A stretch of 64,000 nt of DNA, taken from an uncultured Verrucomicrobiae bacterium (GTDB lineage Bacteria; Verrucomicrobiota; Verrucomicrobiia; Chthoniobacterales; UBA10450). This document shows, piece by piece, positions 10,039 through 20,227 of the stretch (position 1 is its first letter; every line of letters begins with the position of its first letter). A model generated the notes under the pieces. That model was not told where the DNA came from. It ran no database searches and saw only the letters and a list, made by a program, of their open reading frames with translations. Location: the NCBI GenBank assembly GCA_963772365.1, contig CAVYXA010000001.1, positions 192,001 to 256,000 on the forward strand, in the 5' to 3' direction. Made by a program: the position numbers and the translations under genes.

Positions 10039-10743
10039 ATGAACAAAAGAACGGCGGGGACATTAACGCTGATTGCTTCCTTTTGTTTCTGGTTGACCGG
10101 ATGTAACCCCACTCAGGAGTGCGGAACCTGGGTCTTCACTGGGACCCCGAGCGGAAACTCGTTCCCCTTGAATTCTGCCTTCACCTTCACTCCCGCCGAC
10201 TGCGGGAAAACCTGCCGGTGCAACACGGATGTCATGATTCAGATGACTTGGGTCTACGACGCAAACGAGAACAAAAATGTGTACGCCTCCGACCAGCCAC
10301 AAGGGGCCCGTTCCGATGTCAACGGCTGGAGCATCGACCGCGTCCCTGGCGCCGCCCACGGCTATTACGGTTTACAGAACGACGGCACGTTCTCCTCCGG
10401 CTGGAACACCACTGGCTCGAACGGGACTGCGAACACGCTCTACGACGAGCCCGGTGGCTGGGGCGCCAACACCTACTTCTATGCGGTGGATGTAGCCGTC
10501 TGCTACAAGTCTGACACCTGCGACAACCGTATCCTCGGGTACTACTTCTGGAGCTACATCCTTGACAACAACGACGTCGGGCAGAAGTTCATCACGGCCC
10601 CCGCGTGGAAAGACTTCGACACGGAATTTCAGAAGGCGTTGGCCGCCTGGAACGCCTGGGCACCGAGCTCTGGGTCGGAGACCGATGGCACCGACGGTAC
10701 CATTTCCCACGCCATCGCATTCCCAGCCTTGTCGGACCTATGA
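10039..10743 (+). CDS. Cys/Trp-rich lipoprotein of unknown function
   Basis: GAGGAGG Shine-Dalgarno; signal peptide ending in lipobox LTGC. Confidence 0.75.
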   Translation: MNKRTAGTLTLIASFCFWLTGCNPTQECGTWVFTGTPSGNSFPLNSAFTFTPADCGKTCRCNTDVMIQMTWVYDANENKNVYASDQPQGARSDVNGWSIDRVPGAAHGYYGLQNDGTFSSGWNTTGSNGTANTLYDEPGGWGANTYFYAVDVAVCYKSDTCDNRILGYYFWSYILDNNDVGQKFITAPAWKDFDTEFQKALAAWNAWAPSSGSETDGTDGTISHAIAFPALSDL

Positions 10744-10771
10744 ACCCGCAAGTATTTTGGAGGCAACGACT

Positions 10772-11489
10772 GTGAAAAAGTTTGCGACCACTGCCGCATG
10801 CGTTCTGCTTTGCCTCTGTATCGCTGGATGCTACAGCAGAGAAAAGGGAAACGAACCCCTGACGCAGGAGCAGAATCGCGCCAAGACCCAGTTGGAATCG
10901 CAGATGAAGGCGGTGGCTGAGACTAAGCGGACCTACCAAGCGATGGACAACGCTACGCTTCTGCAGAAGCTCATGGAGCAAAGCAAGTCGCAACAGGAGC
11001 CATTCAATTCCCTGGCTTACCGGGAATTGAAGACGAGAACGGATGTTGACTCCAAGTCTCTCGTGGCCTTGGTAAAAGAGAACGACAATGCCACAGGACT
11101 TCTCCCTTTGCTCCTGCTGAAGAAGCTGGACAACAAGTCGTATCTGGAAGTGCCCGCAGAAAATCGGGCGAAGATACTTACCGCCGCCTTGCAGGGGTCA
11201 AAGTACCTTCAATACCTGGGGATTGCCTCCCTTCTACCTTGAGGATGCATCGCACACCCTGATCGAAGCCGGCATGAGCGCCGTCCCCGCCCTTAAGCGA
11301 ATGCTATCCGATACCCGCCCCGCTCCCGTCTTTGGCAGTCAGGAGTACATGGTCTACAAACGCTATAACTATCGACTCTGCGACTACGCATTGTTCTTTT
11401 TGGAGAGGATTCAAGGTAACGCGGAATTCCAGTTGCCGAAGTCCACAGAGGAGAGGGACGCAGAGATCAAAAAGATGACTGCTGCGTAG
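10772..11489 (+). CDS. Helical lipoprotein of unknown function, frameshift near 11215
   Basis: GGAGG Shine-Dalgarno, GTG start, lipobox IAGC; continues in ORF 11223..11489. Confidence 0.65.
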
Positions 11490-11552
11490 AGCTTGGGGGC
11501 GAAGGAAGGGGTCGTTCGCACAGTTTTCTCTGTTGCTTGTAACGGCGAAGTG

Positions 11553-12343
11553 TTACTCGCGGTTGAAGACGTCAACTTCCTGCTTGCTCTCTTCCGGAAA
11601 GGTAATGGTCTCGGTCAACGTTTTCCCGTCCAATGAGACCTCCCATGCATCAGTCTCAGTGACTTTGCCTTTCAGTTTGTAGGTAAGCTCCATCTTGTTA
11701 TCGCCTGTCTTTTTGGCCGAGACCGTCGTGCCATGGGCAACGTTCGGGCCTTTTGGTGCATAGGCTTTCCCATCGGTTTTGAAGTTTGTTTCTTCCTTAT
11801 ACTCGGGGTTCTTCATTGAGTAGCCATCCGTTCCCGAGTTTTCGATTTCCATCGTGCCGGGCGATCCGATCTTGATCTCTGTGCTTTCCCAAGTGCCGAC
11901 CAATCCAGTGGTGCCGCCAGCGGTCCTCTTGAGTGTGATTACATCGTGAGAAGTAGAACCATCCGGTTTCGTCTCGGTCGTGTCGTAGGTGGAAGTAGCG
12001 CCATCCTGTGCCACAGTCCAAGTGGCGTCGGAGGCAGTCTTACCGTGGATTTTACGGATCCACTTAAAGGTGTTCGCGTTCTTTTTGGTGACCTCCCAGA
12101 TATTGCCAAACCTTGTCGTGTGCGGCTTGCCGTCGAGTGAGACGGTCTCAGCAGTGTCGCCGAACTTGAAGATCATTTTATTCTTGCCGGCATCTTCGAC
12201 CTTATAGCTAAGGCCGCTAAGCTGCCCTTCTCCGGGTTGAACTTCCATTTACCGGCGAAGGAATCGTCCGCGGCAAGTGACAGCGGCGCAGCGCCGAGGA
12301 AAAGGACCGCGATGGCGATAAGTGAGGTAGTGTTTGGTTTCAT
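11553..12343 (-). CDS. Secreted protein with two repeated beta-strand-rich (lipocalin-like) domains, frameshift near 12230
   Basis: Signal peptide MKPNTTSLIAIAVLFLG..AADDSFAGKWK in another frame; paired motifs LDGK/TDGK, TWTVAQDG/AWEVSLDG, GKW/GTW. Confidence 0.65.
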
Positions 12344-12594
12344 ACAGTGGGTTTTCTTGGTTTATGGGATTAGCGGAAGCGCATGCCGAACCCAGACTCC
12401 CTTCGAGCGCGCCACGTCGAAGCTAACGCTCTTCGACACGCGTGTTTTGCCGGTCAGACTGAGTGTCCCTCCTTTGGCGGTCAAGAGAATTTAAGAAACC
12501 AGGAGCGAGCTGGGGAAATTCCGAGCTGACGTGGCGTTCCGACCGCGAATGGACGTGATGGAGAGAGAGCTGACGCGGCCGCCTTCGCGCGCGG

Positions 12595-14136
12595 CTACGG
12601 CGAGCCGAGGAGATCGGAAGGTTTATCGCCGCGCTCGAGGGCGAGCTCGGCTTTGAGATTTTGTAAGTTCCGACCGACGCTGGCTACGGCGGTGATTTTG
12701 TTATCATCACGAAAAATCACGGAGCTACCTTTCGATTTCAAGTCGCCGGAGAAAGTTGTGCGCTGATCGCCGCGGCCGTGACCGACGTAGTGGATATGGA
12801 GATCGAAGTGATTGCTCCAGAAAAAGGGCGGGACGGTGAATGGCTCGTGTGCGCCGAGAATGTTCCGCGCTGCGGTCTGGCCCTGGCGCTGCGCTACCAC
12901 CCAGTGTTCGACGCGGATTCGTCCCGCCCGCGGGTCTGGCCAGCGGGCGATGTCGCCGGCGGCGAAAATTCCGGGGACATTGGTTTCCAGAAACTCGTTA
13001 ACTAAAACGCCGTTGTCGGTGGTGATTCCCGCGCTTTCAGCGAGCGCGGTGTTTGGGCGTACGCCGATCCCGACCACGACCAGATCGCAATCCAGTTTCG
13101 TTCCGTCATCGAGCTGGACACATCGATCTCGAATTTCTGCCGGCGTACGACCGAGGTGAAGTTTCACCCCGTTCGCCGCGTGGGTTTCACGAACCAGATT
13201 GCCCAGGTCTGGACCGAGAACTTTTTCAAGAGGCAATGAACTCTTGCCCACCACGGCTACTTCAAGTTTGCGCTCGCGCAGTGACCAGGCCACTTCCAGC
13301 CCGATGAAGCTGGCCCCGATGATCACGGCCCGCTTCGCGGTTTTCGCTTTCTCGATGATTCGGCGGCTATCCGCGAGCGTGCGCAAATAACAGACATGCG
13401 GCAAATCGGCGCCCGGAATTTCGAGACGAACAGGAGTAGAACCGGTGGCGAGCAGGAGCGCGGCGTATCCTAACGATCGGCCATCGCCCAGCGTGATCTG
13501 TTTCTCTTGCGGATCAATCCGCGTGACGGACGTTCCTGTTACAACCTCGATCTTCTGTTCGCGGTAGAAATCTGCCGGGCGCAACGGAATCCATTCCTCC
13601 GGCGCGTTGCCCGCGAGATAATCTTTCGAGAGATTCGGACGATCATACGGCAATGATTCATCCGCGCCGATCATTGTCACAGGTCCGTTGTAACCTTCGC
13701 GTCGTAACATTTCCGCCGCGGCGTTGCCGGCCGCGCCTGTTCCGATAATAACCACCTCCGCGGGCGACGATTTCGGTTTTCGCTGCGGTTTTCTTTCGAT
13801 CTTGCCGGTAACGAAAAACTGCTCGCCGCGTTTGTCGATCCTATAGCAGGCCACATCGTTTAATGCCGGCGCGGCAATCGCTTCTCCGGTTCGCAGGTCG
13901 AAATGGGCGTGGTGCCAGGGGCAACGCACTGTGCAATCAACCATGAGACCCTTTGCCAATGGTCCACCGTAGTGGGTGCATGTTGCTCCGATGGCGAAAA
14001 GTTCGTTCCCGCGCCTTGCCACAAGAACCGGCTCGCCAAACGCATGGCCCAGCAGCATCTCGCCATCTTTCACGTTATCGATGGCGCAGCCTTTTTCGAA
14101 ATCGGGACCTTCGAGCTCAGTTTTTTCCTCGGCCAT
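12595..14136 (-). CDS. Rieske [2Fe-2S] domain fused to FAD/NAD-dependent reductase (AIF-like)
   Basis: CTHYGGPL and CPWH Rieske ligands; IIGTGAAG, YDRPNLSK, IGASFIGLE, AAGDIA. Confidence 0.93.
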   Translation of the reverse strand: MAEEKTELEGPDFEKGCAIDNVKDGEMLLGHAFGEPVLVARRGNELFAIGATCTHYGGPLAKGLMVDCTVRCPWHHAHFDLRTGEAIAAPALNDVACYRIDKRGEQFFVTGKIERKPQRKPKSSPAEVVIIGTGAAGNAAAEMLRREGYNGPVTMIGADESLPYDRPNLSKDYLAGNAPEEWIPLRPADFYREQKIEVVTGTSVTRIDPQEKQITLGDGRSLGYAALLLATGSTPVRLEIPGADLPHVCYLRTLADSRRIIEKAKTAKRAVIIGASFIGLEVAWSLRERKLEVAVVGKSSLPLEKVLGPDLGNLVRETHAANGVKLHLGRTPAEIRDRCVQLDDGTKLDCDLVVVGIGVRPNTALAESAGITTDNGVLVNEFLETNVPGIFAAGDIARWPDPRAGRIRVEHWVVAQRQGQTAARNILGAHEPFTVPPFFWSNHFDLHIHYVGHGRGDQRTTFSGDLKSKGSSVIFRDDNKITAVASVGRNLQNLKAELALERGDKPSDLLGSP

Positions 14137-14448
14137 GAGCGTTTCTCTGTTGCAGCGTTACATTTGTGATTCGCATTGCGATAAACATTCGGACCTTACG
14201 TCAGCCTCTACACACGCCGGCGATTTATTGAGAAATCAGCAGCAATAGATCAAAATTTTCGGACGTTCGGGGGTCGATGAAAACGGGGTCGTTTCTAAAT
14301 ATTCAAGATTTGGCAGGGCGAATTTGATCCGCTTACGCGCAAGGCTACTCCGAACAACTTCGCGCGAGCGGGCGATGCAGCCGACGACATCTGGGAAAGG
14401 ATGAAGGATAAAGAAAGATTTAAGAAGGATCATGGTTAAGGTGGGTCG

Positions 14449-14937
14449 ATGCAAAAGATTTCACCATTCTTATGGTTTGATGATCACGCGGAGGAAGCCG
14501 CGAAGTTTTACGTCTCTGTTTTCAAGAACTCGAGGATCGACAAGGTCACCCATTACCCGGAGGCAGTGGCGAGCGGGATCGGACGGGCACCGGGCTCGGT
14601 GATGACGGTCGAGTTTACTCTCGATGGCGCCGAGTTCGTGGCGCTCAATGCCGGTCCGCAATTCAAGTTTAACGAAGCGGTGTCGTTCGCCGTCACCTGC
14701 GATACTCAGGAGGAGCTAGATTATTATTGGGAAACGCTGACCGCCAATGGAGGCGAGCCCGGCAACTGTGGCTGGTTGAAAGACGGGTATGGTTTGTCGT
14801 GGCAAGTGCAGCCGCGGTTTCTGATTGATTCGCTGGCCGATCCCGACAAGGCGAAAGCCGAACGCGTCATGAGCGCGATGATGGAAATGAACAAGATCGA
14901 CATCGCGGCGCTGAAGAAAGCCGCCGCCGGATCATGA
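14449..14937 (+). CDS. VOC family protein (PhnB / 3-demethylubiquinone-9 methyltransferase-like)
   Basis: [41 protein letters not shown]. Confidence 0.92.
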   Translation: MQKISPFLWFDDHAEEAAKFYVSVFKNSRIDKVTHYPEAVASGIGRAPGSVMTVEFTLDGAEFVALNAGPQFKFNEAVSFAVTCDTQEELDYYWETLTANGGEPGNCGWLKDGYGLSWQVQPRFLIDSLADPDKAKAERVMSAMMEMNKIDIAALKKAAAGS

Positions 14938-15010
14938 GCTGTGAGGGGTCGCTCTAATGGGGTTGAGCTTTTGCGCTGGAACATCCGCGATTGCCTGATC
15001 GCGCGCTTTC

Positions 15011-15274
15011 TTAGATTCGCTTGTAGATGTCTCGCCTGTTCCCAACGTAGTGCAGATAGATTCGGCCCTGCCTCAGATCGAATTCGTAAATCACCCGATA
15101 ATCACCGACACGAAGTTTGAACTCCGGGCGCCCTTGCAACCGCTTGTGCCGAAAACTTTCCAGCCGCGCGCCCATTTCGTCCACCCTGCGCTGAACAGCT
15201 TCGCGAACAGAATCGGGAAGTGAGTCAAATGCTTTGGAGAAAGTCGGCGACCAAATCTGAAGGGCCGCGGCCAC
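15011..15274 (-). CDS. RelE/ParE-family toxin
   Basis: KRLQG..FKLRVGDYRVIYEFD..VGNRRDIYK. Confidence 0.9.
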   Translation of the reverse strand: MAAALQIWSPTFSKAFDSLPDSVREAVQRRVDEMGARLESFRHKRLQGRPEFKLRVGDYRVIYEFDLRQGRIYLHYVGNRRDIYKRI

Positions 15275-15277
15275 GAT

Positions 15278-15466
15278 CTACTTCGGCTGGCGGGTTGTGT
15301 ACTGGCCCGCGGCGATCTCGCCCCGGGATTGATCAAGCTTCGTTTTCACGTCGTCGGTCAATTCCAACTGATCTTCGAGATAATCCTCGATCCACTCGCG
15401 TATCTGCTCGATTTCCGCGCGCGACAAGTTCGGAATCGCCTCTTGGATTTCCTTAACCGTGCTCAC
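15278..15466 (-). CDS. Putative antitoxin of the RelE toxin
   Basis: Small acidic protein (STVKEIQEAIPNLS..LDQSRGEIAAG) ending 3 nt before the toxin start. Confidence 0.75.
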   Translation of the reverse strand: MSTVKEIQEAIPNLSRAEIEQIREWIEDYLEDQLELTDDVKTKLDQSRGEIAAGQYTTRQPK

Positions 15467-15659
15467 GGCAAGGATGCTAACCCAAAGATTCGCCGATGAA
15501 AAGAGCGAGTCTGAAGCGTCCCCTATGGCTGGGTTTGTGATTTCTCCGAAATCCAAAAAACTCAGCCTTCTCCCATGAACCAGCGAGGTGGACGCAGGCC
15601 GTGTAAATCGCTTCGCTCCACGCGGCTTGTCTCAATACGCGGATAACACGCAGCAATTC

Positions 15660-16916
15660 TTAGCTCTTTTTTTCCCATAACTCAGCGAGGTGGGTGCAGG
15701 CTGTTACGGCTGACTCCATATCCTGCACTGCAACCCATTCGAGCGGGCCGTGCGCGTTGTGCTCGCCGCAAAACAGGTTGGGGGTTGGCAGGCCCAGCTC
15801 AGTGAGGCGCGAGCCATCGGTGCCGCCACGGACGACGTGGTCGTAGGGTTTGAGTCCGGCGGCCGAGAAGGCCTCGCGCGCCAGTTCGACCGGGCGCATG
15901 TCCTTGCGTAACCAGTAAGCCATGTTGCGATATTGTTTGCGGATCTTGCAGCGGACGCGCGCTCGCGGTTCGGTGGCTTGTAACCCTCGGCAAAGGCCCT
16001 GCAAAATTTTGCCCTTCTCGGCCAGGCCGTTCAGCTCGAAATCGCGCAGGAGAAATTTTACGACTGCTCGCTCGGTCCGACCCTCGACATGGATCGGATG
16101 GATGAAGCCTTCTCTCCCATCGGTTGTTTCCGGCGCGCAACGTTCGCGCGGCAGCGCGGCAAGAAGTTTGCCCGCCAAATACGCGGCGTTCACCATTCCT
16201 TTGGCCTTCGCTTCCATGGTATGCGTGGTGACCCCATCGATGATGACCTCAGCCGCGTTAGCCGAAAAAGTTTCCCAGCAAATCTCCCCCGGCGCGCCGC
16301 CGTCCAGGGTGTATGCGACGTCGGCTCCGAACATTTGCAGATCGAGTTTGTCCACGCCATGGCCGATCTCTTCATCGGGAGTGAAGCAAACTCGAATCAG
16401 TCCGTGCTTGCGTTTCGTCTCCCGCAGCAATCGCTCGACCAAAGTCATGATCACCGCGACGCCCGATTTGTCGTCGGAGCCTAACAAGGTGGTGCCGCTG
16501 GCGGTTACGATGTCTTTGCCAACGGCCGCTTTAAGCTCCGGCGAGGTTGCGGGATCGAGAGTCAGGCCCGGTTTATCAGGGAATTTGATGATTCTGCCGT
16601 CGTACTTGCGATGAACGATCGGTTTCACGTTTTTGCCGGAGCAGTCCGGTGCCGTGTCAACATGAGCGACAAAGGCCACGGTCGGCACGCGCGGTTTGCG
16701 CGTGTTCGCGGGTATGCTGGCCAAGACGTAACCGTGCCGGGTCATTTGCACGTCCGCCGCGCCGAGCTCAGTCAGCTCCTGCTTGAGCATTTCCAGCAGC
16801 ACCAATTGACCGGGCGTGCTCGGAAACGTTTTACTGGTTTCGTCCGACTGCGTATCGATCTGGACGTAGCGCAGAAAGCGCGAGAGGAGATTGTCGGTCA
16901 TGCTCGGACTCTGCAT
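15660..16916 (-). CDS. pepT: Peptidase T (M20B tripeptidase)
   Basis: RFLRYVQIDTQS, AHVDT, LGSDDKSG, FTPDEEIG, RGGTDG, HGPLEW. Confidence 0.95.
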   Translation of the reverse strand: MQSPSMTDNLLSRFLRYVQIDTQSDETSKTFPSTPGQLVLLEMLKQELTELGAADVQMTRHGYVLASIPANTRKPRVPTVAFVAHVDTAPDCSGKNVKPIVHRKYDGRIIKFPDKPGLTLDPATSPELKAAVGKDIVTASGTTLLGSDDKSGVAVIMTLVERLLRETKRKHGLIRVCFTPDEEIGHGVDKLDLQMFGADVAYTLDGGAPGEICWETFSANAAEVIIDGVTTHTMEAKAKGMVNAAYLAGKLLAALPRERCAPETTDGREGFIHPIHVEGRTERAVVKFLLRDFELNGLAEKGKILQGLCRGLQATEPRARVRCKIRKQYRNMAYWLRKDMRPVELAREAFSAAGLKPYDHVVRGGTDGSRLTELGLPTPNLFCGEHNAHGPLEWVAVQDMESAVTACTHLAELWEKKS

Positions 16917-16985
16917 GTCGAAAGTTGAATTCTCAACTGTCTGCTCGACTCGAGGCGGTCGGGTTTGAAATTTCAGATTTCAGAT

Positions 16986-17582
16986 TTAAGCCGAAGTTCG
17001 GTCTGTCTCCTGCAAAACGCGCGCGATGCGGCGATCCGGGACGAGCCACATTAACGCGACGAAGACGTAAATGCATCCGGCGATCCAGGCGCGGAAAAAG
17101 GAAGCCCCAATCGCGATGGCATATAGCACCGGAGATAATTTCCCTTTCCAATCTTTTCCGATTGCCGCGGCCAGCCGCGACTCGCAGCCGCCTTGCGAGG
17201 CGATGATCACGGTTTGCAGAACGTAATAGGCAATGGCGGCGAGCAGCAGCACTGCGCCATACAGTGCCGATGGCAACGGCTTGAATTCGTTTTCGCCCAT
17301 CCAGCCGGTAACGAACGGAAACAGCGAGAGCCAAAAGAGCAGGTGCAGATTTGCCCATAAGACACCGCCGTTTACCCGAGGAGATGCTTTCAACAGATGA
17401 TGATGATTGCTCCAGTAAATGCCGAGATAGATGAAGCTTAACACGTAGCTTAAGAACACGGGTAAAAGCGGGCGGAGCACCGCCAAATCCGGCCCGTGCG
17501 GCACTTTCAGTTCCAACACCATGATGGTGATGATGATTGCGAAAACTCCGTCGCTGAAGGCTTCGACCCGGTTGGTTTCCAT
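16986..17582 (-). CDS. TMEM175-family (DUF1211) potassium channel homolog
   Basis: RVEAFSDGVFAIIITIMVLE, YVLSF..IYWSNHH; about six TM segments. Confidence 0.92.
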   Translation of the reverse strand: METNRVEAFSDGVFAIIITIMVLELKVPHGPDLAVLRPLLPVFLSYVLSFIYLGIYWSNHHHLLKASPRVNGGVLWANLHLLFWLSLFPFVTGWMGENEFKPLPSALYGAVLLLAAIAYYVLQTVIIASQGGCESRLAAAIGKDWKGKLSPVLYAIAIGASFFRAWIAGCIYVFVALMWLVPDRRIARVLQETDRTSA

Positions 17583-17771
17583 ATCGGCGATTGTTTGGCG
17601 AAAACTAAGCCGCAAGAGTTTCGGCGATCGTTAAGCGCTCGCAAATGTTTCCGCGCATGAGCCGTCGCTAGGATCGACAGTATCGGAGCCGCTCTGCAAG
17701 CAATGCTGCCTAGGCGTTCTGCGGAACTCTGTTTAGGAGATTGGTCAGCCTTCGGAAATCGACCGGTTTCG

Positions 17772-17945
17772 TTAGATGATGATCGAATCCGGCCTCGTGA
17801 CTACGGCGAACATCTTCCCTGCGCCAAACCCGGTTAACGCGATCGCCTTTATCGGATAATGCTTCTTTGCAAAAGTGATCAGCTCGCACCCACTGCGATC
17901 AGGCAGGCCGATATCACTAAGGACAACGTCAAACTTTCTGACGAT
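17772..17945 (-). pseudogene. Response-regulator receiver domain remnant
   Basis: [28 protein letters not shown] without intact N- or C-terminus. Confidence 0.65.
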
Positions 17946-18171
17946 GCTAAGCCTTGAGTTACGCACGCCCCTGGCACTACTCCATCGACAACGTGAAATC
18001 CAAATACAGAGCGGTGGCGGGTGTGTTGAAATATTTCGCATCAGGTGTCGGTGAAGGAGTCCTCGTGCTCACGTGAGACACTTAGATGCTCAGGTCGGAT
18101 CAGACAAATATTTCAACGGCCCAGAGGTGAGAAGACAGCCGGAGAGTCAGGACGGAGATTGTCATTCGCCG

Positions 18172-18669
18172 CTAAGGAGGCGGTTTCTGGTCAGCTTTGT
18201 AAGCAAGAGCGGCGGCGGCAGCTCCTAAAACGATGCCGCCTAAAATGGCTATCACGGCTCGAATGCCCGATGTTAGACTGCCAGGCGCAACCGCGTCGAA
18301 TGCGGTCGCTTTCTGTAACATTGTCCACCCGACAAAAGCCAGCGGTGGAATCAGCATGCGGATCCAGTCCCAGCCATGCCATTTCGATTGGGGGAGGCGT
18401 CCCATCACATACAAAATGGCGCTGATTACGATCAGCCCATAAAAGGCCACCTTTAGCGCGCCCGGATCAGTTATTGTGACTGTTTGATTTCTGGTTTCGG
18501 TCGTGAACGTAAGGATCGCTCCATGGGCGGCGAGGACTTCAGCCGGGACAAGAGCGGCCAGAGCATCGGCATAGGTTTTTACCCCGGGCGAGCCACCTTG
18601 CTCTTTACTGGTGCCAGGCGGAGCCGCAGTCCGAAGACGAGTCATCGCGGCGTAAGCTAAAGTACTCAT
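18172..18669 (-). CDS. Hypothetical membrane protein
   Basis: 165 aa with 3-4 hydrophobic segments. Confidence 0.7.
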   Translation of the reverse strand: MSTLAYAAMTRLRTAAPPGTSKEQGGSPGVKTYADALAALVPAEVLAAHGAILTFTTETRNQTVTITDPGALKVAFYGLIVISAILYVMGRLPQSKWHGWDWIRMLIPPLAFVGWTMLQKATAFDAVAPGSLTSGIRAVIAILGGIVLGAAAAALAYKADQKPPP

Positions 18670-18764
18670 CGGCTATGCGCGGTAGTAGGAGAGATCTGAA
18701 TAGATCACGGCTTTATTAGATTTCTTATTTATCTGTCAATGCTTAACGAGGCGAACCACGCGAA

Positions 18765-20195
18765 TCACTTCGCTCTCTCGTGTTCACCCGGAGCGAGGAG
18801 ATGGCCGAAGAAATAGCCGGCCAGAAGAAAGATTATGCCAGCCACTCCGGCAAAGCCCGCGTGCAACAACCAAAATTGTGCGGCCGGCATTTTTTCGAGA
18901 AACCCGCCAATCCAGCCGACGAGATTATTCGCGGCAAAAAACGCGAGATAATAAACGCCGATGATCGTGGCTGACAAAGCGGCCGGCGCCACCCGCGCAT
19001 AAAGCGCAAGCGAGACCGGGAAGATATTTGCAAAAGCGGCGCTGTTCAGAACATGAAACCCGAGGAGCCATCCGATCGAGACTTTGCCGCCGGTGCGAGC
19101 CGCAATTGCTGCGCCGCATACCAACGAAAGCATTCCGGTCACGGCGATGAAGCTGCCGATGGTGATCTTGGTAATCTCCGTCGGTTCCTTAAATTTCTTC
19201 GACCAGATGCGCCAAAACGCGACAGCAATAAAAAGAAAGCTGACCGAGACGATTGAATCGAGTGTGATCAACCACGTCGTCGGCATTTTCTTTCCAAAAA
19301 AGACGAGGTCAGCGCTGTTCTGCGCCCACACCAGGTAGGCGTTGAAGATTTGGTTGTTAGGTATAATCGAGATCGTCAGAACCGGCAGGAGGACAAGTAA
19401 CACGACGATCGCCATTTTCTCGCGACGTGTCAGTGGAGTTTTTTCGGGGACAGACTTGGCGCTGCCGGAGGAAGCGCTCCCGGCTACAGCGGGCGAATCA
19501 GGCGGCAGGTATTTGCGGCCAGTTAGATAGATCGTAAGCCCGATCAGCATTCCGACGCCGGCGGCACCGAAGCCCCAATGCCACCCGACTTTTTCGCCGA
19601 GCGTTCCGGCTATTAGCGGCGCGGCGATTACGCCGGCGTTAATAAAGATGTAGTAAATCTGGAACGCGTCGGCGCGGCGGTTGTCGCCTGTTTCATAAAG
19701 CGCGCCGACCTGACTGGCCAGGTTTCCTTTGAAACAACCGACGCCTGCCAGCAGACAACTCAAGGCGAGAAGAAAGGTAAAATCGAATGCCATCAAAAAA
19801 TGTCCGAGGGCCATGAGCGAGGCACCGATCGTTACAGTGACCGTGCGACCAAGCCAACGATCCGCAATCAAGCCGCCCGCGATCGGCGTGAGATAAACGA
19901 GGCCGGTATAAAGGCCAAAGACCGTGGAGGCGAGCGGTTGAATCCCGAGCGGGCCGAAGAAGAACTCGATGGTGTGCCGAAACGGTACGAACCCGGCGAT
20001 GTGCTCGATGTGACCGGTGTGCAATAGTCGATTGACCATGTAAAGAACGAGGAGGGATTGCATTCCGTAGTAGGAAAAACGTTCCCAGGCTTCGGTGAAT
20101 GCGAGATAGCCGAGCCCGCGCGGATGCCCGATGAAGCTGCGGTCTCCAGGATTATGCATCGCGTGGAGGGTGTTCTTTTCGTCGGGTTTTAGCAA
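18765..20195 (-). CDS. POT/PTR-family proton-dependent oligopeptide transporter
   Basis: GHPRGL..FTEAWERFSYYGM (ExxERFxYY), GGLIADRWLG, GCFKGN. Confidence 0.95.
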   Translation of the reverse strand: MLKPDEKNTLHAMHNPGDRSFIGHPRGLGYLAFTEAWERFSYYGMQSLLVLYMVNRLLHTGHIEHIAGFVPFRHTIEFFFGPLGIQPLASTVFGLYTGLVYLTPIAGGLIADRWLGRTVTVTIGASLMALGHFLMAFDFTFLLALSCLLAGVGCFKGNLASQVGALYETGDNRRADAFQIYYIFINAGVIAAPLIAGTLGEKVGWHWGFGAAGVGMLIGLTIYLTGRKYLPPDSPAVAGSASSGSAKSVPEKTPLTRREKMAIVVLLVLLPVLTISIIPNNQIFNAYLVWAQNSADLVFFGKKMPTTWLITLDSIVSVSFLFIAVAFWRIWSKKFKEPTEITKITIGSFIAVTGMLSLVCGAAIAARTGGKVSIGWLLGFHVLNSAAFANIFPVSLALYARVAPAALSATIIGVYYLAFFAANNLVGWIGGFLEKMPAAQFWLLHAGFAGVAGIIFLLAGYFFGHLLAPGEHERAK

Positions 20196-20227
20196 TCGTT
20201 CTCTTCAGCGGCTAAACGTTCGGCCAA

